This document shows, piece after piece, positions 56,422 to 64,000 of a stretch of 64,000 bases of DNA (its first letter is position 1; the number at the start of each line of letters is the position of its first letter). A program made the position numbers and the translations under genes. A model generated the notes under the pieces. That model was not told where the DNA came from. It did not search any database and was given only the letters and a program-made list of their open reading frames with translations. This stretch comes from Candidatus Latescibacterota bacterium (lineage in GTDB: Bacteria > Latescibacterota > UBA2968 > UBA8231), in assembly GCA_965243025.1 (NCBI GenBank), contig CBDETY010000003.1, positions 1,696,001 to 1,760,000 of the forward strand, written 5' to 3'.

Positions 56422-59076
56422 CTAGTACGGCAGGGCCGACACTGCCTTGCTGATCATCGCCAGGGCGGCGCAGAACATGCCGATCAGCGCCATCCCTACC
56501 CCGAAGCCGACGCTCAGAACCATGGCGTAGCGGCGCCACTCCTGTTTGCCGTACCGCTTCCAGAAGTAGAAGCGCGCCATCAGGGCTCCGACGATCTGCG
56601 GCAGCAAAGAGTGAGGAATTCCGTTGACGCTCTGGACGTACCCCCAGATCAGGAAAATGGGCAGCCCGAGAAATGCCATGGTGAAGTAAGCGACAAGGCC
56701 GAAGCCGGCGGCGAACAGCGAGATCGGCCACTTCCGCCCGTCGAACGGATGGTGCATGTCGGACTCGTCCGTGATCCCGTCGCCGTCGTCGTCCAGTCCG
56801 TTCTTCAGCTCTTCGTCGATGAGCCCGTCGCCGTCGTTGTCGCGCCTGTCCCCGGTGAAGGTCATGTCGCGCCAGTGCGCCTCGAAAAGCAACGGGATGT
56901 CGGACGACCGCTGCAGGAACTCGCCATCGAATGAAGGCAGGCGGTCGACCTCGAAGTAGAACTCGACCGAATCCTGCGGGGCTTCGCTCAGGCGGGCATC
57001 GAAGTTCGGGTTCGGCGTGTCGATGATGTCCCCCGGACGGGGCCAGACAATCCCGGGGGCAGACGGCTGCGCAGACGATGATTCGGAGGGAGGTGAACGG
57101 GGTGGTAACAATCCCAGGTGAGGCGCCTGGGGAGCATCGGGAGCTCCCCTGCCGCTGAAATCGGTGTAGAAATAGCCGGTCTGCGACCACTCGCCGTAAC
57201 GGCGCTTGTCCGGGTCGGGGATATGGACGTCGTACGAGGCGCGCACCCTCCAGTACCACCAGTGCTTGTCCTGCAGGTTGTGCGGACTCCATACGACCTG
57301 ACCTCGCGAGATGGCAGTGCCATCCGAGAGGATCTCCCCGGCTCGCCAGCTGCGGCTGTACATCGTGCTGGAGAAAAACAGGGCCTGTTGGTACGCCTTG
57401 AGGGGCCACATCAATTGGGCATAGGGGTATCGTTCCGAGGGGATCGGGCCGAGCCGCCACAGCATGCTCCAGTACATCATGCTGACCACGAGGATGATGG
57501 GGAGCATGAACAGCTCGGCCTTGAGCAGGCTGGTGAAACGCATCCCGGTCAGCTCGACCACCCGGAACCCCTCGGCGTGGCCGCCGTAGTTCCGCGTCGG
57601 AAACGGCACGAACCAGACATCTACCCCGCGGTACCCGGTAAGAAAGATGACCGCCTCGTTGACATAGGGAATGGAGACTTCGCGGCCGATCATGCCGTCG
57701 AGTCGGGCGCTGACGAACGACATGATCGGGGCGTACACGAAGGCGATGCAGAAGAAGGTGAGGAGCAGCCCGGTGGTGACCAGCGTGGGAAACAGGGTCT
57801 TGGCGAGCACGATCGGGTAGAAAGCGGCGAGCCCGAAAAGCACGAGGCAGAGCCAGATGTTGAAGTCGCCGCGGCCGAGGTGGGTAAGGCAGTAGCCGCG
57901 CACCTCGGAGGGCCGGTTGCAGCCGTCGTGCCGGCAGGTTCTCGGGTACTCTTTGCGCTCGCCGATGACCCTTTCCCGAGCCTCGGCGCGCTGGCGGCGG
58001 CCGCTGGCCAGGAGGTTGTAGAAACTGATGACGGTGACCGCGAGAGTGATTCCGACGGAGAAGGCCTGCCAGAAATCGATGCTGGTGGCGATCTGGGTGT
58101 TGATCGTCGTCATCCCAGGGGCCCAGCTCGGAAGCAGTCCTTTCCAGTAGAGGAAGGGGCTGACCACGGTGTGCACGATGACCCCGGAGAATGAGCCGAT
58201 AACCGCCCAGAAAGGCATCAGCAGGCCGGCGAAGATCGGACCGAGATGGAGAGTGATACCGAGCGGGGTGGCCGGCAGCAGACTCCCGAAAAACGGGGTC
58301 AGATCCCAGAACGGGATCGGGATCACCTGGATCCTTGAACCCATCGCCGCGGTTACCTCGGGGATCCCTACGTACACCGAGCCGAAGATCCCGCCGATGA
58401 CACCCCCGATGCTGAAAACCGGCCACTTCCAGGTCTCGGCCTCGTCGCCGCTCTCCTCGGCGAGGGCCATGGCCGACAGGGCGGACATCGGCGCAGTCGG
58501 AAACGGCAGTTGCTCCCGGTCCGACATCAGCCGGAACAGCAGGTACCCGGAGGTGAACCAGGAAATGCGGCCGACGATGGTGCCGATGATGAGGAGGCCG
58601 ATCGGCCACAACCAGTCCGGGTGCAGGAAAGTGCGCTCGGCGAGGGCGACCGAGTCGGGAGGCGGCGCCCACCACGTCGGCAGGAGCCTGGAGATGCCGA
58701 ACTGTTCCGCCTCGGCGGAGCGCACGAAGTACTGGCGCCACAGCAGGTCGAGAAAAGCCCCTTCCTCGCGCGCCACCAGGGCGCTGGCCACGTACACGAG
58801 CAGGAAGATCTCCTGCCTCTTCAGGGACGTGAAGGAACGCTTTGCGACCTCGAGAAAGAGGATGACCGTGACCCACTGAGCGGCATCCCCTATTCCCCCA
58901 CCGGTAACGAGGCCGAGGTACATCTCCCCCGGTGTCATGATCAGGGAGATGAAGAGAACCCCGATGATCGTCCGGATCGTGAAGCCGTCCTCGAACTTGT
59001 CGGGAGCTTCGAGGAGCGCGCGGTACTCCTCTACCTCCTGCCACTGATTCTGCTTGAGTTTGCGCCTGAATTTCAT
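56422..59076 (-). CDS. OPT-superfamily-like polytopic transporter with inserted domains
   Basis: FEDGFT.RT, AAQWVTVILF.E, L.RQE and E.LPFP.AP, with many TM segments. Start overlaps the stop of the upstream FtsX-fusion gene (ATGA). Confidence 0.72.
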   Translation of the reverse strand: MKFRRKLKQNQWQEVEEYRALLEAPDKFEDGFTIRTIIGVLFISLIMTPGEMYLGLVTGGGIGDAAQWVTVILFLEVAKRSFTSLKRQEIFLLVYVASALVAREEGAFLDLLWRQYFVRSAEAEQFGISRLLPTWWAPPPDSVALAERTFLHPDWLWPIGLLIIGTIVGRISWFTSGYLLFRLMSDREQLPFPTAPMSALSAMALAEESGDEAETWKWPVFSIGGVIGGIFGSVYVGIPEVTAAMGSRIQVIPIPFWDLTPFFGSLLPATPLGITLHLGPIFAGLLMPFWAVIGSFSGVIVHTVVSPFLYWKGLLPSWAPGMTTINTQIATSIDFWQAFSVGITLAVTVISFYNLLASGRRQRAEARERVIGERKEYPRTCRHDGCNRPSEVRGYCLTHLGRGDFNIWLCLVLFGLAAFYPIVLAKTLFPTLVTTGLLLTFFCIAFVYAPIMSFVSARLDGMIGREVSIPYVNEAVIFLTGYRGVDVWFVPFPTRNYGGHAEGFRVVELTGMRFTSLLKAELFMLPIILVVSMMYWSMLWRLGPIPSERYPYAQLMWPLKAYQQALFFSSTMYSRSWRAGEILSDGTAISRGQVVWSPHNLQDKHWWYWRVRASYDVHIPDPDKRRYGEWSQTGYFYTDFSGRGAPDAPQAPHLGLLPPRSPPSESSSAQPSAPGIVWPRPGDIIDTPNPNFDARLSEAPQDSVEFYFEVDRLPSFDGEFLQRSSDIPLLFEAHWRDMTFTGDRRDNDGDGLIDEELKNGLDDDGDGITDESDMHHPFDGRKWPISLFAAGFGLVAYFTMAFLGLPIFLIWGYVQSVNGIPHSLLPQIVGALMARFYFWKRYGKQEWRRYAMVLSVGFGVGMALIGMFCAALAMISKAVSALPY

Positions 59077-62000
59077 GCCGCAGGTATGGGCGAGGCGAGC
59101 ATGGCCTCGGCCTTTTCCCGGTGATAGGCGCGCGCGTCCGCCCGGAGGGTATGCCAGAGGAGGAACTGCTTGCGCAGGGTGTTCATGAAGCGCTGGTTGA
59201 CCCGCTGCCAGTAGGTATCCTGGCCGCTCAGCCGCTGAATGAACACTTCCACCATGTAGATGCCGCTGCCGTCGGCGGCGGGAAGGAAGTCGAGCTGCAG
59301 GTACTGGCTGACCCCCATGTCGAACGGGGCGAGCCAGGTGAGCATCTGCAGCGAGTACTGCGGAGCACCGGGCGTCTGCTCTTCACTGACGAGGGTGACC
59401 TTTTCCGCATAGAAGTCGCCGATCGATTCCTCCTTGTAGGCGTCGAAGAAGTTGCCCAGGAAACCGCAGATTCCCACAACCTCCCCGGAGCTGACCATGA
59501 ACGGGAACTCGAACTCCCAGCGGTCTCCCGTGGGCCGGGGAGGCTTCCACCGTCTCACCAGATCCGGAACTGCTGCCCGCGACGCCACCCGGGCCGGATA
59601 TACCGTCGAGGCGAGGACAACCGCCATGACCACGGCTGCGGAGGCGACCGCAGCGTACGAAGAGTAGTTGAGGTTGACCCCGGCGGAGAGGTGGAAAGTG
59701 ACGATCGCCTTCCCGAGGGTCTGGCCGAGAAGGTACCCCATGGTGACTCCGATCACTGCGTACACGCAGGCCTCTGCAATGAAGAGGAGGGCGATGTGCA
59801 TCGGCGCCAGCCCGACGGCGGAGTAGATGTCGATTTCGCGGAAGCGCTCGTACACCGCCCCCATCATGGCGTTGAGAACGATCAGCCCGGCGATCAGCAT
59901 CGGAATCACCAGCGCCTGGAACCCTTCGACCGCGGTAAGCCCCACGGAGGTGTACGAGGCGACCGCAATGCGGTCGGTTTCCGGGTCGCGCGTCCCCGCG
60001 AACAGCGTCATCGGAGTCTGGGTGATGAACCCTTCGATCATCCCCCGGATGTCGCCGCCGGGTTCGAAACGCATGGCCACGGACCGCAGCTCTCCTCCCG
60101 CACCGCGCAGCGTCTCGAAAGGCAGGATGACCACGTTGTCCGGGTGCAGGTGCACGAAGGCCCTGGTCTCCTCTTCCCTTTCCGAGGTGTCCTCGACCTG
60201 CTGCGGCCGGGAGCCCATCAGCTCGGCAGAGGAGCGGTGAAAATCGACGGGAGTCAGCGGTTCGTCGTCGAGGTCGTGCAGGGCGAAAAAGGCATCGGCA
60301 TCGAACAGTCCCCGCACTCGCAGCATGGTCCCGAGGACGCGCACGCTGTCCCCGGGAACAAGCGCCGCATCGACACCGAGAATCTCGGCCATCTCGAGGG
60401 AGAGCAGGCAGCTTTTTTCATCCGGGGAATCGAAAAAATCTCCAGCGGCCAGGGCGGTGTGAACGCCCGTTACTCCCCGTTCCTGCGGGGACAGGCCGAG
60501 CAGGGCCGTCGACAGCGAGGAGCCTTCTCCATGGCTGATCCGGATGTACCCCTTCTCCTCGGACTGGGCGATGTACCAGTTGCGGGGGGAAAGAACGGCG
60601 CGCTCGCCGAAGTAGGACCTCGCCGCCTCCATCTTCCACCTTCCGATCCAGTCCCAGTTGTGGTGCCGGATCAGGGCCCCTTCGTAGGCCCCCTCATGCC
60701 GGTGTGAGAAGGCGAAAAACTGGACGTCCGGCTTGAAGGAGGAGAACGACAGGACCGTGAAGGTCAGCAGGGTGATCGTGCCCAGGGTCAGGCTCGTCCG
60801 CAGCTTGCGACGGCGCATGTTGGAAATTCCGAGCATGAAGGCGGTGTAGGCGGCGCTGAACCGGCTTATGTCGGTCTGGTGCACTCTCGCCTGCTCGGCG
60901 CGGTATTCCCGGAGGTAGCGGTTGAAGCGGGTCACGACCATGAGCAGGACGAAAACCGCCATCGCCATGATCGCGAAGGCGAGCAGGACGACCAGGGGGT
61001 GGGCGATCGCGAAGGCGGGATGGACCTGGGAAATTATCGCCCAGATCACTATGAGGACGGCGACGAAACCGGTCAACTGCATGCGGATATCCGGCGATGC
61101 CAGGACCAGCCGCTCGGTGAAGAAGGCTGCGGGAATCACCAGAGCCAGAAAAAACACCATCCCCTTGATCACGTCGTTGAGGGTACCGATCACCTCCGGA
61201 TAGGCCCGGAAGATCATTCCCCCCGCTTCGCGTATGTCCCTTGTGTAGTCGTCCCAGCGGTGCTCGGCCATGGCAGCCTCCGCACGCTGCAGCAAGCGGC
61301 GCCCGTTCTGCTGGAACCGGGAAACGCTGTGGTTCTCGATGGCGTGCTTGCGCATCGTGTGCAGGCGCGCTTCGTTGAGGCGCATCATGTCGCGAATCAC
61401 GTAGAACTCCGTCGGAGTCAGGGTGTCGCGTCTGAAGTGGTAGCCGATCCCCCGGGCGGTGCTCTCGTCATTGCCGCCCGGGCTGTTCAGAAGATAGCGG
61501 GCACCTCCGAAGGTTCCGGCCATGACTTTGAGACCGTCGGTCTGCTCCGGAAGGTCGCGGTCGGCGTAGACCAGGGCTGCAAAACCGCTGCGGGAGTACC
61601 CGAACTGCCTCGGGGCGCGGCCGCTCCGGTCGAGAATCTTGAAGCTGTCGGAGCTCCCCCCCAGGCCGAACAGCCTGCCGGGGACGCAGGGAAACAGGAC
61701 CAGGGTCTTCTCGTCCGCCGTCCACCGCGTCACCCATGGAATCTTCCCGCTGAACCCCGGTTCTCCCGCGAACTTCTGCGCTCTCTCACTCAGGTCCGGG
61801 GCAAACAGGACCTGCCCTGTCTCCCTGTCGAGAACGAAGGCGGAAACACCGGTGGTGTACCCGACCACCAGGCCATGCAACGTCACGTCCCCGTCCTCGT
61901 TCGTCAGGTAGTACCGTTCCTGGTGGACTCCCTTGTCGACGAGGTCGTACCCTTCGCTGACCACGGCCTGGGGCACGGGGCGGTTCGGCATCTGCGCCCG

Positions 62001-63503
62001 CCTCGGGAAGGAGCGCACCTTGACCTGATGGGTGCGCAGGTTGTCCCGGAGAACGGGATCGAACTCATCGAGATTCTCCAGCAGCTCCGGATCGTCGAAA
62101 GCCAGGGACAGGATGCCGTTGAGAAACCGGATCTGGGCGGCGAGCTGTCCGAAGCGGACCTCCCCGGCCCGGTCGAGGGGACTGTTGAGGGAGAGCCTGG
62201 CGTCGTGGGTGGTGACGAAACTGAGGGCGAGCTGCCCGGCTTCCATCGCCACCTTTCCGCTCGCGGGCACTCCCCCGGGGGCCAGCGTAGACCAGTCGAT
62301 CCCCTTGATCGGGCTGATGCCGTTGGCGAAGGCGGCGGTTGGCTCTCTCCCCTGAACTGAAGCAACTTCCTTCGCGTACCGGGTGAATCGGCGCGAGAAC
62401 GGAACGAACAGCCGCTTGAGTTCGAACCGGTCCGAGTTGTTCCAGACGGCGACCTGGTCTGTCCGCGAGCTCAGGTCGAGACTGATGAAGAGATCGACTT
62501 CGAGCGGCTCTTCCATCCACCTGGCGTACTCCTCGTTCTTTCTCGCGTGGCGGTTGAGGAAATCGATCATGCCGCGTTGCCCCTGGAAGTGGGCACCCGT
62601 CGCGGACAGAATCACCGTGCGGGCCGGCGGGTTCGATTGCAGGTGCCGCGCAAGCTCCAGGAGGGCGACGATGCTGCAGGAGGTCTCCGCCGAAGGAGCG
62701 AGGGCGGGAACGATCGAAATCCCGTCGTAGTAGGCGTCGACTACTATGGTCTGGTCCCGCAGTTCCGGGTCCGACCCGACCACCTTGCCCCGGATGTTCC
62801 AGGCCGGCTGCTCGCGCCAGTCCATGCGGCTGTGGACAACCACGGAAACCGGGTCCCCGCCGGCGACCCGGCGGCGAAGTTTCAGTCCTGACTCCCGGTC
62901 GATCCAGAACCGGGGAATGTCCAGGGGAACACTGGCGACCTTGTCGAGGGTTTGCAGGTACCCGGTATCCTCAGGCTCGATGAAGATGAAGGCGCGGGCT
63001 CCGAACCGGGCTGCCCGAGTCCACAGGTCCCAGCTGTTGAATTCCATGAGCACGGCGCTGCCGTTGAGTGGAAGTCCCTCGAAGTCGGCGTACTCCCCCC
63101 ATCCCCCGTACACCAGCGGCAGCTCGATTCCTTCCGGGGGTGTCGTGGTGGTACGCACGTGATTCGGCCACAGGCCGAAAACCGGAAAGACCTCGCCGGA
63201 GCCGGAAAGCACCAGCCGGCTTCCTTCCTCGACCGGAACCGCTACCCTGTACTGCTCCCGGCGCATGTCGACGCAGCCGTTGCGGCGCAGCCCCTCCTCG
63301 ATATACGAAGCGGCGCGCGCGTTGCCGGGGTATCCGGTTACCCGGGAACCCGATGCGAGGGTGTGGACCGCTGCTTCGACACGAGCGGTGAGATCGGGAG
63401 CCTCAGCCGGCTGGGAATCCTGGGAGGCACCGGCGGCGGAGACGGCCACTGCTGCCGCCATGAGGGCGGTGCGGCGGTAGGAGGGCAACTTGATTGGGGG
63501 CAT
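59073..63503 (-). CDS. Giant M28-peptidase-like/PA + FtsX(MacB)-type permease fusion
   Basis: Signal peptide, SRVTGYPG, PA-like insert and M28-like core. FtsX/MacB motifs NMRRRKLRT.LT and VYERFREI.IYSAVGL.P..I..LF.AEA. Start set at ATG 63503. Confidence 0.8.
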   Translation of the reverse strand: MPPIKLPSYRRTALMAAAVAVSAAGASQDSQPAEAPDLTARVEAAVHTLASGSRVTGYPGNARAASYIEEGLRRNGCVDMRREQYRVAVPVEEGSRLVLSGSGEVFPVFGLWPNHVRTTTTPPEGIELPLVYGGWGEYADFEGLPLNGSAVLMEFNSWDLWTRAARFGARAFIFIEPEDTGYLQTLDKVASVPLDIPRFWIDRESGLKLRRRVAGGDPVSVVVHSRMDWREQPAWNIRGKVVGSDPELRDQTIVVDAYYDGISIVPALAPSAETSCSIVALLELARHLQSNPPARTVILSATGAHFQGQRGMIDFLNRHARKNEEYARWMEEPLEVDLFISLDLSSRTDQVAVWNNSDRFELKRLFVPFSRRFTRYAKEVASVQGREPTAAFANGISPIKGIDWSTLAPGGVPASGKVAMEAGQLALSFVTTHDARLSLNSPLDRAGEVRFGQLAAQIRFLNGILSLAFDDPELLENLDEFDPVLRDNLRTHQVKVRSFPRRAQMPNRPVPQAVVSEGYDLVDKGVHQERYYLTNEDGDVTLHGLVVGYTTGVSAFVLDRETGQVLFAPDLSERAQKFAGEPGFSGKIPWVTRWTADEKTLVLFPCVPGRLFGLGGSSDSFKILDRSGRAPRQFGYSRSGFAALVYADRDLPEQTDGLKVMAGTFGGARYLLNSPGGNDESTARGIGYHFRRDTLTPTEFYVIRDMMRLNEARLHTMRKHAIENHSVSRFQQNGRRLLQRAEAAMAEHRWDDYTRDIREAGGMIFRAYPEVIGTLNDVIKGMVFFLALVIPAAFFTERLVLASPDIRMQLTGFVAVLIVIWAIISQVHPAFAIAHPLVVLLAFAIMAMAVFVLLMVVTRFNRYLREYRAEQARVHQTDISRFSAAYTAFMLGISNMRRRKLRTSLTLGTITLLTFTVLSFSSFKPDVQFFAFSHRHEGAYEGALIRHHNWDWIGRWKMEAARSYFGERAVLSPRNWYIAQSEEKGYIRISHGEGSSLSTALLGLSPQERGVTGVHTALAAGDFFDSPDEKSCLLSLEMAEILGVDAALVPGDSVRVLGTMLRVRGLFDADAFFALHDLDDEPLTPVDFHRSSAELMGSRPQQVEDTSEREEETRAFVHLHPDNVVILPFETLRGAGGELRSVAMRFEPGGDIRGMIEGFITQTPMTLFAGTRDPETDRIAVASYTSVGLTAVEGFQALVIPMLIAGLIVLNAMMGAVYERFREIDIYSAVGLAPMHIALLFIAEACVYAVIGVTMGYLLGQTLGKAIVTFHLSAGVNLNYSSYAAVASAAVVMAVVLASTVYPARVASRAAVPDLVRRWKPPRPTGDRWEFEFPFMVSSGEVVGICGFLGNFFDAYKEESIGDFYAEKVTLVSEEQTPGAPQYSLQMLTWLAPFDMGVSQYLQLDFLPAADGSGIYMVEVFIQRLSGQDTYWQRVNQRFMNTLRKQFLLWHTLRADARAYHREKAEAMLASPIPAA

Positions 63504-63869
63504 CCGCAAGCCCGCCGGTCGGGGGGGTGCGATGGTTGAGAACAGCCCCTGGTTCGAGTTGGACGGGTGGGAACAGGAGCCAAGGTATTCCTTCGATAAA
63601 GATTGGGCAATCTGAATTTCGGGCGTTTCCGGGTTGAAACAGGTTTGACGTGTCATCGACCTTGCTGAACCAGCGATGCTCCCGCCATGCCCGTTCACTG
63701 CCCGCTGTGGATCTTGCCGGGTTGCGTCCCCGTGGCCGCCTGCTCACCCCGGTTGCCATCTCGGGCTCCGGTGCCGGATGGCACTTGCTTTTTCCTCTTC
63801 CCAGCTTCGTATTCGGACTCCCCCGGCAAGTCCCGGGCATCGGAACCCGATCGAGCAGGAGAACGGCCA

Positions 63870-64000
63870 ATGGGTGTCACCGACGGCAAACTGGAAAAGC
63901 GGTTTCTGCATCACGCCCGGCGGCTGATGCCGCTCCCGACGGCCCCGTTTCGCGAGCAGTTCGTGATGGAAGCGATCTCGCGCCAGGCAGCGGAGCTCGG
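63870..64000 (+). CDS. 5' part of a probable M20/M42-like metallohydrolase (partial)
   Basis: Manual translation MGVTDGKLEKRFLHHARRLMPLPTAPFREQFVMEAISRQAAEL..., with GGAG RBS. Confidence 0.5.
   Translation, partial: MGVTDGKLEKRFLHHARRLMPLPTAPFREQFVMEAISRQAAEL

Noticed and set aside
56372-59044. 890-aa same-strand alternative-frame ORF overlapping the OPT-like gene
   Set aside because: Low-complexity Arg/Pro/Gly translation, expected from GC3 bias. The other frame has the coherent TM pattern.
63779-63795. TGGCAC...TTGC sigma54-like promoter
   Set aside because: The spacing between the GG and GC elements is wrong.

Overview
A GC-rich bacterial chromosomal window. The gene set suggests an FCB/PVC-type lineage such as Latescibacterota; this is inference only. 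Most of it is housekeeping: hemB, two prs paralogs, apt, rsgA, hprK, mutL, leuS, asnS, the rimP-nusA-infB-rbfA-truB-riboflavin kinase-rpsO-pnp block, der, miaA, four tRNAs, HU, mreBC, purB, pyrH, cysC and hisI. Less ordinary elements: (1) a lone intact Cre-like tyrosine recombinase between converging gene blocks, flanked by two 11-6-11 dif/lox-like sites, one overlapping its own consensus promoter; (2) two PRPP synthetases with apparently complementary active-site losses; (3) an unlisted 31-aa bS22/COX24-type gene overlapping the HU gene; (4) a 168-nt hairpin MITE or ncRNA whose mismatches are G-U compatible on one strand; (5) a TPR-associated TRAP (TPAT) transporter; (6) an 8-gene PspA / DUF350 / DUF4178 / membrane spermidine-synthase / Tat oxidase operon; (7) a giant M28-like/FtsX fusion coupled to an OPT-like transporter carrying a CCCH motif and an inserted acidic module. 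No CRISPR array or rRNA was seen. Family calls come from motif recognition by eye, not from database searches.
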